Assembly: GCA_963790805.1 (NCBI GenBank)
Contig: CAWBPL010000002.1
Coordinates: forward strand, 384,696-448,695
Direction of reading: 5' to 3'
DNA: 64,000 bases
Source: Candidatus Gottesmanbacteria bacterium
GTDB taxonomy: Bacteria > Patescibacteriota > Microgenomatia > UBA10105 > UBA927
The notes under the pieces were generated by a model. That model had not been told where the DNA came from. It ran no database searches and was given only the letters and a program-made list of their open reading frames with translations. A program made the position numbers and the translations under genes. Position 1 is the first letter of the stretch, and every line of letters starts with the position of its first letter. Positions 52,592 to 63,039 of the stretch are shown piece after piece.

Positions 52592-53434
52592 TTAATCATA
52601 TATAGCCGAGATTTCTAAAAAACTAAGTGAGGTTGACGGGAACTCTATGTTGAGCTGAGACCCGATTTTAATTGGCGTACCATAAACAGTATAGAAAGCT
52701 TTATTATATTTGATGGCCTTAATTTTTAATTTCATTATTACGTCCCTTCTCGTTGGGTCTTCCGACTGTATAACAAATTGTCGACCATAAATATCATCAA
52801 GTTGGTATGTTTGTGCATTTTGTATATTCATGTCTTCGATTTCAGCAATGACAGTTCCCGATTCGTCTTTGGCTTGAAGTCCTTTTGCTAGACCGGAAAT
52901 TTTCCATGGATGTATAGCAAGGATTCTGGCTTCTATATTTTTATCAACATAAGTTAACTGGTGGTTGATGTCTATTACCATACCAATGAGGGAGAATTTG
53001 CTAAAAGTAATCTCAATGGGTTTTCCGATTAATACCGGTTGATAATTATATTCATACTGGTGTCTGAATATGTCATATGAAGTTTTTAATTTTACCTCCG
53101 TTATGACTTCGTTTCTCCCATCGTTCGTTTCAAAAGATTGAACATGATTGAGAACTGCCTCTTTTTGACCAAAGGAGTTATATGATTCCTGATTTGGCGA
53201 AAGCGACTGGGTATACCACGGAGAGGGATTTGCCTCCCACCAAAGTTGGTCCGGCTGAACTCTCACTAACACAGTAATCCATTGTGTTCTACGGGATAAT
53301 CGCAAGAATAAAAATGAACCGATGATAATGACGATACATCCCGCGATCAGATAATCCAGTGCGCGCATTCTTTTTATCATCCGTTTCATTTGGAGCTTTA
53401 TATTCCCCATATATTCATTTGCATGATACCACAT
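52592..53434 (-). CDS. N-terminally anchored protein of unknown function
   Basis: It has a single TM (YLIAGCIVIIIGSFLFL) followed by a beta-rich domain that I do not recognise. The true start may be one of the internal Met codons. The ORF-track start leaves only 16 nt to the divergent gene. Confidence 0.4.
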   Translation of the reverse strand: MWYHANEYMGNIKLQMKRMIKRMRALDYLIAGCIVIIIGSFLFLRLSRRTQWITVLVRVQPDQLWWEANPSPWYTQSLSPNQESYNSFGQKEAVLNHVQSFETNDGRNEVITEVKLKTSYDIFRHQYEYNYQPVLIGKPIEITFSKFSLIGMVIDINHQLTYVDKNIEARILAIHPWKISGLAKGLQAKDESGTVIAEIEDMNIQNAQTYQLDDIYGRQFVIQSEDPTRRDVIMKLKIKAIKYNKAFYTVYGTPIKIGSQLNIEFPSTSLSFLEISAIYD

Positions 53435-53450
53435 GGTATTATTAAGTTAA

Positions 53451-55070
53451 ATGCGAAGAATTATTAAAACTGTTCGTTCTGTCTCGGTGATTCCGATCAT
53501 ATTTCTTTTATTGGGCCTAGGATTGCGTCTTTTCCCTTTTTTCACGAAATCATTTTGGGAAGATGAGATGTACTCATATTTTTTTGCAACGCAACCGAAA
53601 AGCTTCTTGGAGTATTTCCGCGCACCTCCCGATGATAGACCGCCCCTCTTTTATTTAATTGTAAAGGCAGTTACGTTTATTGGAACGCAGGAAAAATTAT
53701 TGCGTTTACCTGGGTTGATTTTTTCGGTTTTGGCATTATACATATTGTATCGTGCATTTAAAAAAATTCACACAGGTGCTGCTTTAACAGTATTGTTTTT
53801 AAGCGCGTGTTCCTTATTTCAAATTGATATGACGTGGGAACTACGGGATTACGTTGTTCAGATTTTTGTCTCCTCCGTCATTATTTATCTCGTAGTCCGT
53901 TTTTTTCAAAATCTTTACACGCGAAGCGCGCTTATGTATCGGTATTACGTATTTTTGGGTATCGCCTCAACGTTGGGATGTTTATTAAATCATATATTTA
54001 TACCTTTCGTTATTGCCGTTCATGGTCTATTAGCGTTATTTTGGATTATTTTTGCCCGCAAGAAAAGGCTTTTTGGTTCAATTTTGTTTATTCTTGCTAT
54101 TGTGCCGCCGCTTTTGACATCAGGTTATTTTCTCCATAAACAGACAAGCGTGATGAGAGATACAGTATTATGGATTCCTCAGGCAACCACACTTTCCTAT
54201 TTATCGCTTCCGCCTTCTTTTTTAGGATTTTCAAAGAATTTTGACGTTACCTATTATGAGGATCAGGATCTTCTCTATGGAGCAATAAACCAAAATATAG
54301 AAATTATTTTGGTTCTGTATGTCTTGTTTATTATATGTTTTATGAATAGGAAAAAAGAAACGGTTCAATACAACACGGTCATCCTGTTTATTGTTTTTGG
54401 ATTTTTGGTGAGCGTTCTTGATGTTGTCGGGATTAGTATTGCTTCCAGAATCCTCGGACACGAACTTTTTGTGCCACGGGCATTCACCCCCGCGCAAGTA
54501 ATTTTTCTCGCGAGTGTCGGGGCGCTGGTTGGATTAGTGCTGGGACAATCAGGAAAGACAAAATATATGAAAGCAATTTCCATAGTCGGTGCCATTGTGT
54601 ATATGTCCGTATTCTGGAATATATATTTTGATTTATATGCTGTTATAAAAACAAATACGTTCAAAATGGACAGCAGGGATGAAATGATGGCCGTTGCACG
54701 AAAAAATTATTCATATGGAGATCAGGTAATTATTGATCCTCTGTATTTACGTGATTCGTATCTCAATTATTTGTGGAGGAAAGAAAAAAACAAGAATTAT
54801 GATATTCTGGCAACGGCTCTGTTACATAACAAAGCTACCCCGCAAACGCTACGGCAAATATCTATGCAGTCCCATAATCCTAAAATAGTATTTATAATAG
54901 ACGTTCGTTTATTAGATCCGTCAAAAAAGGATATTTTTTCTGATTATTGGTGGTTTCCATCTCTTGCAAATATTAAAGAAGCGAAGACTTTTTGTTTGGG
55001 ACCGCCAACCGAAAAACTTCATAACGATGCATACATTGTATCCGTATGTCCAATGTTCGTTCCCAAATAA
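53451..55070 (+). CDS. GT39/ArnT-like (PMT_2) lipid-carrier-dependent glycosyltransferase
   Basis: It has about 11-13 TM helices, and the first-loop motif is FWEDEMYSYFFA (DE motif). A soluble C-terminal domain follows. Confidence 0.65.
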   Translation: MRRIIKTVRSVSVIPIIFLLLGLGLRLFPFFTKSFWEDEMYSYFFATQPKSFLEYFRAPPDDRPPLFYLIVKAVTFIGTQEKLLRLPGLIFSVLALYILYRAFKKIHTGAALTVLFLSACSLFQIDMTWELRDYVVQIFVSSVIIYLVVRFFQNLYTRSALMYRYYVFLGIASTLGCLLNHIFIPFVIAVHGLLALFWIIFARKKRLFGSILFILAIVPPLLTSGYFLHKQTSVMRDTVLWIPQATTLSYLSLPPSFLGFSKNFDVTYYEDQDLLYGAINQNIEIILVLYVLFIICFMNRKKETVQYNTVILFIVFGFLVSVLDVVGISIASRILGHELFVPRAFTPAQVIFLASVGALVGLVLGQSGKTKYMKAISIVGAIVYMSVFWNIYFDLYAVIKTNTFKMDSRDEMMAVARKNYSYGDQVIIDPLYLRDSYLNYLWRKEKNKNYDILATALLHNKATPQTLRQISMQSHNPKIVFIIDVRLLDPSKKDIFSDYWWFPSLANIKEAKTFCLGPPTEKLHNDAYIVSVCPMFVPK

Positions 55071-55199
55071 CGCTCTCAATATTGAGTTAGTTCGATAGCG
55101 GAATTTTTACAGGGATATTAACGTATTAAAGAATATTTTGCGTTCCCCTATTCTTTGAGATAATTATTTAAGCGTTAGATCAAGCTCACTTTTGTATAT

Positions 55200-56345
55200 T
55201 TACAGTCGTTCTCTCTGTGTGTTTTTCTTGAAAATATTCGATAGTGTGCGGGCAACGTGTATAAATTCGCGTCTCGTGTTTCCCAGTCCTGACGGTATAT
55301 AAAACCCTGTCTTTGCTAATTTTTGAGAAACCGGAAACCGGTCCCGCGAATATAATCCCATTTGGGCAAAAGCTATATTGGGAGGATAGAAAAAAGGTCT
55401 TGTATGAATGTTTTGTTTTGTGAGAATTTTCATAATTTGCTCCCGTGTCAACGCTGTTTTTTTTGGATTTACGCGCACGGTATACATCCAATATACGCAT
55501 GTCGCCCATGGTTTAATGGAAGGTAAAATAATTTCATCGATTGATGATAAATATTTTTTATAAATTGATGCCATCGTTTGTTTATAGCGTATTGATTCTT
55601 CAATGTGGTTAAGGCTCGACAGCCCGACAGCTGCCTGCATACTGCTCATAAGGTAGTTATACCCAATCCCTTTATGGATAAACCGTTTATGAGAATGGTT
55701 GAGAGATTTTAGCCTGTTAATTTTTTCAAACAGAGATGCATCTTTTGTGACGATCATTCCTCCCTCACCTGTTGTGACAATTTTGTTTGCATAGAAACTG
55801 AAAATAGAAACATCTCCGATAGATCCGACTTTTTTTCCTTTATACAGGGCTCCGTGCGCTTCGGCTGCATCTTCGACCACAAAGAGATGATGTTTTTTTG
55901 CGATGTTCATAATCGGATCCATATCGCATGGGTGACCGAACAAATGAACCACCATTATTGCTTTTGTTTTTTTCGTGATGTATTTTTCTATAATCGTCGG
56001 ATCGATTGTATACGTGTCGGGCGTTACATCGACAGGTACCGCCTTTGCCCCAACATGCCAGACGGCAAAATAGCATGAAGCGATGGTTAACGCAGGAACA
56101 ATCACTTCATCCCCTGCCTTGATATCAAGACAAGCCAGAGATAAATGAAGCGCGGCGGTTCCCGAATTTGTTGTTGAGGCATACGGGACGCCAAGATAGG
56201 ATGCAAATTGGTCTTCGAATTGTTTTACGAGCGGTCCTTCTGAAGAGAGCCATCCAGAATCGAGTGCACGCTTAATGTAGACATACGTGTCTTTATATAT
56301 TTTCGGTTTATTCACCGGTATGTCATGAATTAGAGACGTATCCAT
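55200..56345 (-). CDS. DegT/DnrJ/EryC1/StrS-family sugar aminotransferase
   Basis: Carries GWLSSEGPLVKQFE, TNSGTAALHLSL, VVEDAAEAHGA and SFYANKIVTTGEGGMI (PLP Lys region). I place the start at ATG 56345. Confidence 0.88.
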   Translation of the reverse strand: MDTSLIHDIPVNKPKIYKDTYVYIKRALDSGWLSSEGPLVKQFEDQFASYLGVPYASTTNSGTAALHLSLACLDIKAGDEVIVPALTIASCYFAVWHVGAKAVPVDVTPDTYTIDPTIIEKYITKKTKAIMVVHLFGHPCDMDPIMNIAKKHHLFVVEDAAEAHGALYKGKKVGSIGDVSIFSFYANKIVTTGEGGMIVTKDASLFEKINRLKSLNHSHKRFIHKGIGYNYLMSSMQAAVGLSSLNHIEESIRYKQTMASIYKKYLSSIDEIILPSIKPWATCVYWMYTVRVNPKKTALTREQIMKILTKQNIHTRPFFYPPNIAFAQMGLYSRDRFPVSQKLAKTGFYIPSGLGNTRREFIHVARTLSNIFKKNTQRERL

Positions 56346-57316
56346 TGTTTTTGTTTGGAAGATGCGTATATTCCCTGTACCATTTTTAGAACTTTCAATC
56401 CGTCTGTCGGAGAAGGGCTGACTGCAGTTTTGTTTTGAATACACGATGCAAAATAGACAAGCTCATCTTGATAAGATGTATGTGGCGCTTTATTGTATGC
56501 ATAGACACGTGGTTTTGTATCGGTATGTTTTCCGACGATAAGGCGCTCCTCTCGGAGAGTATCGAACAATATGTAACCGGTCTCTCCCCAAATTTCAAAA
56601 TTGATATATCCATTTTCCTGAAACCATGATGCGGTAATGGTTGCAGATCTGCCATCAGCTGTAATGAATGTACCGGTACCGTAATCTTCAACTGACGCAT
56701 TTTTCCAGTAAACCTTCGATACTTGACCGAAACACGAAGAAAAGTCGCCCATAAACATGCGGGCGATATCAATGAGATGGCTGCCATTGTCTAGATATGT
56801 CCCCCCACCGGCAGTACGTTTATTCCAAAACCAAGACCCCTCAATTCTCGTACCATCATTTCCGATAAAACCATGAAATGCTAATATTTTTCCGATTTTG
56901 CCGCTTCGAAAAATTTCATATGCTTTCTTTACCGGCTGAAAGAACCGGTGATTCGATCCGATTTTTACTACTTTATTATATTTTTTTGACGCATCGATAA
57001 TACGCTCGGCGTCGTGCACGGTCGTTGCTATTGGTTTTTCACAGAGAACGTGCTTGTTCTGTTTAAGTGCCCGCACAGCAAGATCGGCATGAAATATATT
57101 CGGTACCGCCAAGATGACTGCTTCAATAGTAGGATCATTTAATATTTCGGAAACGCCCTTTACCTGAACATGTGTAAGATTTTTTGCTACGTCCTCTGCT
57201 TTTTTGATATCACGGTCTCCCACGGCAACGAGCGTGACCACTTTTGGTATACGACGGCAGCACTCAATCCGTTTTTGTCCAAAATGACCGCATCCAATTA
57301 CAGCAAGTCGTAACAT
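56330..57316 (-). CDS. Gfo/Idh/MocA-family sugar oxidoreductase
   Basis: The N-terminal Rossmann motif is LRLAVIGCGHFG, and EKP lies in HVLCEKPIA. It is paired with the DegT aminotransferase. Confidence 0.85.
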   Translation of the reverse strand: MLRLAVIGCGHFGQKRIECCRRIPKVVTLVAVGDRDIKKAEDVAKNLTHVQVKGVSEILNDPTIEAVILAVPNIFHADLAVRALKQNKHVLCEKPIATTVHDAERIIDASKKYNKVVKIGSNHRFFQPVKKAYEIFRSGKIGKILAFHGFIGNDGTRIEGSWFWNKRTAGGGTYLDNGSHLIDIARMFMGDFSSCFGQVSKVYWKNASVEDYGTGTFITADGRSATITASWFQENGYINFEIWGETGYILFDTLREERLIVGKHTDTKPRVYAYNKAPHTSYQDELVYFASCIQNKTAVSPSPTDGLKVLKMVQGIYASSKQKQWIRL

Positions 57317-57337
57317 ATTAGCTCATTATAGTGATTT

Positions 57338-58849
57338 GTGTTGCATTTTCCAGTCCAACAGGATGTGAAAATATTCGCTATTGCGTATAATGCACACGTA
57401 ATGAGTGTTATACAAGATTTGATTCAAAAATATGTGCGTACGAGCGGCAGTCGATTATTTTTGATGACGCTGTGTTATTATGCGTTATTATTTTTTTGTA
57501 ATTCCAATATCGCGTTTTTCCTTTTGAGTCTGATGTATTTTTTTGTTCTTTGGAAATTAGTCAAAGATCCTCTTCTTGCAGCGTTCTTGTGCTTTTTTGC
57601 ACATTTACCTTTTGTGAAAGGAAAATCGTTTTCCTTTCTTATTCTGCCAAAAGAAATGGTGCGAATGAATATTCAACGGGATCTAGTATATTATTTTCCT
57701 CTGACTATGTCGGATTTTTATTTACTTGTATATTTTTGGTTTCACTTTCGAAAAAAGAAAATAACACATTTACCTTTTTCTTCCCCATGGCTCATCACGT
57801 GTTTGGTCCTGTTTTTTTTCCTAAACATTGTATCTATATTTTGGAGTGAACAATATATTATTTCCTTGCTGTCCGCTATCATCCTTTTTAAGTTCATAAT
57901 TCTGTTTTTTTTACCAGGCTTTGTTCATTTTACTAATGATGTTAAAAAAAAGATGATTTCTATTATTGCCTCATTTGCGATATTTGAGAGCGCATGGGGG
58001 TTTTTGCAATATATCATCCATGGAAGTCTTGGTCGATACATAGAATCGTTCAACAATGCATACGCGTATGGGAAAGTAGCGTGGGAGAATAATAATCTTC
58101 TGAGGATAAGCGGAACGTTTGTTGATCCTGATCTGTTCGGAACGTTTATGTTTATGCATTTTGTTTTATTTTTCTTTCTCTTCCTTATGTCGGAGCGTTC
58201 GCCGAAATTGGAGAAGATGATGTATGGAGCATGCGTCATACTGTCCGGCGCGTCAGTATTTATTACAGGAAATCGAGCATTGTATTTTTGTTTAGTATTA
58301 TCGTTCGTATGTATTCTTGTGATGACCAAAAAGACCCGATATATTATTTCGGTTATGCAAAAGCCGATTGTTTCTTTAACCACGGCTGTGGTGATTGTGA
58401 TGCTTTTTCCATATGTGTCAACGCGAATGCAGAATTTACCTGAACTTTTTTCCGAGGGGACAGGGACGTTCAGATTGCAAATAGCGGATTATGCGTCCAG
58501 ATTGGGATTCTCAAATATATTTGGTGTAGGGCTGGCGACGTCCCCGTACCATTTTGCTTTGGATTTCCCCGGAACAAACGTTCTCTTCGGACCTGATTAT
58601 CCGCATAATATTTTTTTTCAGGTATTTGCAGAAGTTGGGATAATGGGTCTTGTTGCCTTTGTCATTTTTATCTACCTTTCCTTCCGGCCTTTCTTTCTTC
58701 AACGGCAAAAAGTGACAATCACGCCGTTTTTTCTGGCAGCCGGTGCATATCTTGTAAGTGCGTGTTTCTATCCTCTCTATATTCCACTCGTTGAATTGCC
58801 GTCATTTTTCTTTCTGTATTTAGGGATCGCAGTATTTCATACGCTATGA
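57338..58849 (+). CDS. O-antigen ligase/polymerase-like polytopic membrane protein
   Basis: It has at least 10 TM helices, the segment TGNRALYFCLVL, and an exposed loop GVGLATSPYHF...PHNIFFQVFAEVG. The start is uncertain: GTG 57338 or ATG 57401. Confidence 0.55.
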   Translation: MLHFPVQQDVKIFAIAYNAHVMSVIQDLIQKYVRTSGSRLFLMTLCYYALLFFCNSNIAFFLLSLMYFFVLWKLVKDPLLAAFLCFFAHLPFVKGKSFSFLILPKEMVRMNIQRDLVYYFPLTMSDFYLLVYFWFHFRKKKITHLPFSSPWLITCLVLFFFLNIVSIFWSEQYIISLLSAIILFKFIILFFLPGFVHFTNDVKKKMISIIASFAIFESAWGFLQYIIHGSLGRYIESFNNAYAYGKVAWENNNLLRISGTFVDPDLFGTFMFMHFVLFFFLFLMSERSPKLEKMMYGACVILSGASVFITGNRALYFCLVLSFVCILVMTKKTRYIISVMQKPIVSLTTAVVIVMLFPYVSTRMQNLPELFSEGTGTFRLQIADYASRLGFSNIFGVGLATSPYHFALDFPGTNVLFGPDYPHNIFFQVFAEVGIMGLVAFVIFIYLSFRPFFLQRQKVTITPFFLAAGAYLVSACFYPLYIPLVELPSFFFLYLGIAVFHTL

Positions 58850-60009
58850 AGCAATCCGTTATCGTGATTCCGTTTCATTTGCCATGGGCGTGGAAAGCGG
58901 ATTTCATGAGAGAGACCGCAACAACTCTTGCACGAGATAACACTGTTGTTTGTTTATTGACTGCAGAACCTGTGTTTTTTCGAACTATTTTTGTTGAGGC
59001 GATACGAGGAAAAATTATTAAAAAATTTTCCGAACGGTTATGGTTGATGCGACCGATTCATTTCATTCCCCTTGGGCAGTTTGCGACTATTCAGAGATTA
59101 AATATGTACATAAATTTGTTTTGCGTGAAATCCTATATTCGAATATTGTCGTTTCGAGGTGCATTTATAAATAAAACACTTTGGGTTTTTAGTCCGAAAT
59201 TTACTCCGTATCTTCGTTTGTTTTTAAACTCCTATACTATTCTTTATGATTGCGTTGATTATGTTTGGGATCCATCTCCCGTTGTAAATGAAAAGGTGCG
59301 TCGTGAAGAAGACGAATTGATTTCGTTATCCGATTTTGTTTTTGTAAATTCCCATGCTCTCTATAACGTTCACAAAAAAAAGACAAAAAACATATTTGTT
59401 GTTCCGTTAGGATTTCGGTTCAATCAATTGAAAAAAAATGTTCGAAATAGCCACGTCTTTCCCGTCGGTAAGCCCCTCATCGGCTTTGTTGGTGTTATAA
59501 ATTACCGTCTTGATTATTTGCTGCTTCAGAAGGTTGTTCTGAGCAACCCACAATGGAATTTCGTTTTTTGCGGACCGATTGAAACCACTGTCCATGGTGA
59601 GATGTTTCATGTTCAAGAAGCGATCGATCGTTTAAAGAAATTGTCAAACGTTTTTTTCCACGAAGGCACCACACCGGAAAAAGTATCTGAAATCATTCGG
59701 TCTTTTGATATCTGTATCATTCCGTATAATGTTTTATATCCAATTAATGTGTATTGCTACCCCATGAAATTATTCGAATATTTTTACGATGGAAAACCCG
59801 TTATTTCCACACCGATTGAAGAATTACGGCGATTTCCTCAATATGTGAAAATCGGGAAAACTATGATTGACTGGGAAAAGTACATACATTTTTTTCTTTC
59901 TCGACCATGGCTGAAAGTTTACCAGAGAGACCAACGGAGGTTAGCAGTAGAAAATAGTTGGAATAAAAAGATAGATACAATTATTGAGATTTTGAAATCG
60001 GATACATGA
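58846..60009 (+). CDS. GT-B fold glycosyltransferase (GT1/GT4-like)
   Basis: The C-terminal motif PMKLFEYFYDGKPVISTP and the overall length fit this family. Its start overlaps the upstream stop by 4 nt. Confidence 0.7.
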   Translation: MKQSVIVIPFHLPWAWKADFMRETATTLARDNTVVCLLTAEPVFFRTIFVEAIRGKIIKKFSERLWLMRPIHFIPLGQFATIQRLNMYINLFCVKSYIRILSFRGAFINKTLWVFSPKFTPYLRLFLNSYTILYDCVDYVWDPSPVVNEKVRREEDELISLSDFVFVNSHALYNVHKKKTKNIFVVPLGFRFNQLKKNVRNSHVFPVGKPLIGFVGVINYRLDYLLLQKVVLSNPQWNFVFCGPIETTVHGEMFHVQEAIDRLKKLSNVFFHEGTTPEKVSEIIRSFDICIIPYNVLYPINVYCYPMKLFEYFYDGKPVISTPIEELRRFPQYVKIGKTMIDWEKYIHFFLSRPWLKVYQRDQRRLAVENSWNKKIDTIIEILKSDT

Positions 60010-60328
60010 CTAGTATACAGAGAATACTTTTGATATGCTCTCAAAGAGCATTAACGTATATAGTTTCGAAGGGTAATCATAATGGGCGATTTTTTCTTGC
60101 TTTCATTTCTTTTGGAGCGTAAACTTGAGCATACACATTCTTTCTGACCTCTCTCGTTGTGGGACATAAAAAGGGTATAGTATACTTACAATGAAATACT
60201 GCAGAGGAATGAGGACGGGATACGTAAGATTTGAATAAGACTCATACCGCTGGCGTAAATCCATAAAAGTATATTAGTAGTTTTTGTGTAAATTATAAAA
60301 GAGATTGTGACTATATTTAATTGGAATT

Positions 60329-61582
60329 ATGAAGTTATTTGATTCGATGTTTACAAAAAAATTGCTTCGAACATTAGAAGGAGAAGAACAAAGTAATGAT
60401 CGATTGTTGCATTTAACTGCAAATGAAAACATAATGTCTCCGCTTGCAACCAGATTTTATAATTCCCCTTTAAGTACTCGTTATGATTTTGGTCGCGGAT
60501 GGAATGGTGTGATCGGAGGAGAAACGTTTGCATATTTTTCTGCCACGAGCTTGCCTAAGATCCAAGATATTTTTGATGAAGCGATCAAACGATCAAATAA
60601 AATGCTTCACGCCGGATTTACTTCTTTTAATTGTCTTTCTGGTCTTCATGCAATGATGTGTGCCTTATTGGCTACAACGCTTCCCGGAGACACTGTCATG
60701 ATTGTTAAAGAACAAGACGGAGGGCATTTTTGTACAAGAAAAATGCTTCAGATGACCGGTAGAAAGTTTGTTTATGCAACATATGATCAGCAAACCCATT
60801 TTCTTGATAGTAAAAAGACTGCCGAAACGTTTCGCGCTTCGGGCGCTAAGGTGCTGTATTTTGACGTGGCTGTGAATTTAACCCCGCTACCCCTTTCCGA
60901 TTTACGCAAACTTCTTCCCAAAAAATCAATTGTTATTTATGATGCCAGTCACACGCTGGGGTTAATAATGGGAGGAGAGTTTCAGGCCCCCTTGAGAGAA
61001 GGAGCAGATATTATTTCAGCCAACACCCATAAAACGTTTCCCGGTCCGCATAAAGGCATATTAGCCTTTCGCGATCAAGAATTAGGACAAAAAGTTCATA
61101 ATATGATTAATGACAGTTTATATTCAACCGTTCATACCAATAGTAAATTAGCTTTGGCAATTACCGTTATAGAATTTTCTCTCTATGGTAAATCGTATGT
61201 AAAACAAATAATAAAAAATTCTAATGCGCTCGGGCTCGCTTTAGAGCGACAGGGATTAACCGTAAGAAAAACAGGACAACACTATAGCTTCAATCATCAG
61301 GTGCATGTGTTTGTTAATATGAAAAATACTGATGTAGTGGCGTGTTTTCTTACCAACGGGATGTCGGTCAATACCAGTAATGCATTAGGAGGCAAACTTT
61401 TTTTACGATTCGGGACTCAGGAAATTACCAAAAGAGGTATGAAAGAACATGATATGACACAACTCGCTTCGTTGATTAAGAAAATTCTTCTTGGAAAAAA
61501 TATAAAAAAAGAAGTTTTTGTATTTAATGACCGTTTTAGAAAAGTATCATACTGTTTGCCGTATGATTCCCGATGTGAGTAA
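60329..61582 (+). CDS. Divergent serine-hydroxymethyltransferase-like PLP enzyme
   Basis: Carries LHLTANENIMSP, LSGLHAMMCALLATTLPGDTVM, GGHF, YDASHTLGLIMGG and ISANTHKTFPGPHKG (compare SHMT TTTTHKTLRGPRGG). Confidence 0.7.
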   Translation: MKLFDSMFTKKLLRTLEGEEQSNDRLLHLTANENIMSPLATRFYNSPLSTRYDFGRGWNGVIGGETFAYFSATSLPKIQDIFDEAIKRSNKMLHAGFTSFNCLSGLHAMMCALLATTLPGDTVMIVKEQDGGHFCTRKMLQMTGRKFVYATYDQQTHFLDSKKTAETFRASGAKVLYFDVAVNLTPLPLSDLRKLLPKKSIVIYDASHTLGLIMGGEFQAPLREGADIISANTHKTFPGPHKGILAFRDQELGQKVHNMINDSLYSTVHTNSKLALAITVIEFSLYGKSYVKQIIKNSNALGLALERQGLTVRKTGQHYSFNHQVHVFVNMKNTDVVACFLTNGMSVNTSNALGGKLFLRFGTQEITKRGMKEHDMTQLASLIKKILLGKNIKKEVFVFNDRFRKVSYCLPYDSRCE

Positions 61583-61590
61583 AATATTTT

Positions 61591-62070
61591 ATGAATAATC
61601 CCCTATTTATTTATATGTTATTTGCAATTATAGCGGAACATATTCTCGTTGCGGGAGTTGTCGTTTATTTTCTCGTACGACGATTAAAATATGCACGAGC
61701 TGCAAGCAAATACTTACATCAACTTCAGCCCACTCCCTCCTTTAATATCATTGAAACAAAAAACTTATATCTGGAGCAGAAAATATTTATTGAAACTCCC
61801 GAGGTAGGGGTATATATAAAACGATTATATCGTACACGTAGTCATAAGCACACGATTGTGAACTCATTATTATATATATTAAAAGGAAAAGCGCATGTGA
61901 CCATGGGTAACAAGCAATTTATTATTAAACCGAGGCAGTTTCTCTACGTTCCAGCGTTAGTTGTTCATGATTGGAAAGTACTACATCCTTACCAATATGT
62001 AGAATATATCGAAATAGCTAACCCCTCATTTGTATATGCACCTCCTGACGATACCGTTTGGGAGAAATAA
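61591..62070 (+). CDS. Cupin-domain protein with N-terminal TM helix
   Basis: It has a TM (IYMLFAIIAEHILVAGVVVYFLV). The cupin-like core is SHKHTIVNSLLYILKGKAHVTMGNKQFIIKPRQFLYVPALVVHDW. Confidence 0.5.
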   Translation: MNNPLFIYMLFAIIAEHILVAGVVVYFLVRRLKYARAASKYLHQLQPTPSFNIIETKNLYLEQKIFIETPEVGVYIKRLYRTRSHKHTIVNSLLYILKGKAHVTMGNKQFIIKPRQFLYVPALVVHDWKVLHPYQYVEYIEIANPSFVYAPPDDTVWEK

Positions 62071-62094
62071 TTTGTGTGACTCCATATCTTGAAT

Positions 62095-63021
62095 ATGCAC
62101 GCAAATAATTTATTAGCAGTATTAATTTGTACCTACAACAAAAAGAAGTCGCTTCTACGATGTCTTCAAAGCATCCATGAACAGACTGTCCCCCCAAACC
62201 ATATTGTAGTAGTCGAAAAAATATCTGAGTTCCCCACGATATCCAGAAAAGAACTGCGCAGTTTGTTCAAAAACACGGTGAGAGTTACGTACGTTACCGT
62301 TCGAAATGTTAATATTTCTGCCTCTCGAAATATTGCAATAAAGCATGCGACAGAAGATTTACTTTTATTTGTTGATGATGATGTTCTTCTTGATCGCACC
62401 TATATTGAAAAGCTTCTCGACTATTATAAAAAAAACCCATCTTATTCTGTAATTGTTGGGCGGATTATTTCTTCAAGGACAGGCTATTGGGACATTTTTG
62501 CGAAAAAGATCCATACTTCTTACGCGGCCGATGAATTTAAAAACCAAACAGTTGATTTTTGGCCGACTATGAATATGTCCTTTCGAAGATTCATCGGTGT
62601 TTCGTTCGATGAACGCTATTCGGCGATGGAAGATTTGGATTTTTGTATGCGTTTAAAACAACGGGGATATAATATATATTATTTTCCCCGCTTATGCTGT
62701 ACTCATGAATATATATCCACATTTACCCAGTTCGTTCATAAATTTTCCCACTACTTTACAAATAATCTAAGCTTGTTGCGGGAAGAGCATCCTAAAAATT
62801 ATGTTTCTGAGTTTCCTCAACTTGATAAACATTCCATTCTCTCGTATGTGAGATTATTACGATTTTATATCGTTCACAGTAACGATTTGCGGGTTTACTT
62901 AAAATTACCCCCTCAGTATTATTTCGCGTGTCTCACGTACCACTGGATATTATATAAAGCTGTATATTTTGATAATCCACGGTTTTTGCACCACAATGAC
63001 GAATGGCATTCTGTAGAATAA
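62095..63021 (+). CDS. Family 2 glycosyltransferase
   Basis: Carries LAVLICTYNKKKSLLRCLQSIHEQT, LLFVDDDV and MEDLDFCMR. TTG 62089 is an alternative start. Confidence 0.8.
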   Translation: MHANNLLAVLICTYNKKKSLLRCLQSIHEQTVPPNHIVVVEKISEFPTISRKELRSLFKNTVRVTYVTVRNVNISASRNIAIKHATEDLLLFVDDDVLLDRTYIEKLLDYYKKNPSYSVIVGRIISSRTGYWDIFAKKIHTSYAADEFKNQTVDFWPTMNMSFRRFIGVSFDERYSAMEDLDFCMRLKQRGYNIYYFPRLCCTHEYISTFTQFVHKFSHYFTNNLSLLREEHPKNYVSEFPQLDKHSILSYVRLLRFYIVHSNDLRVYLKLPPQYYFACLTYHWILYKAVYFDNPRFLHHNDEWHSVE

Positions 63022-63039
63022 TAAGTCGGCGATGTGGAA

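Noticed and set aside
60035-60051. Small hairpin atgctct-caa-agagcat just after the GT-B gene, considered as a terminator
   Set aside because: The stem is only 7 bp with a 3-nt loop, and no T-run follows. Support is weak.
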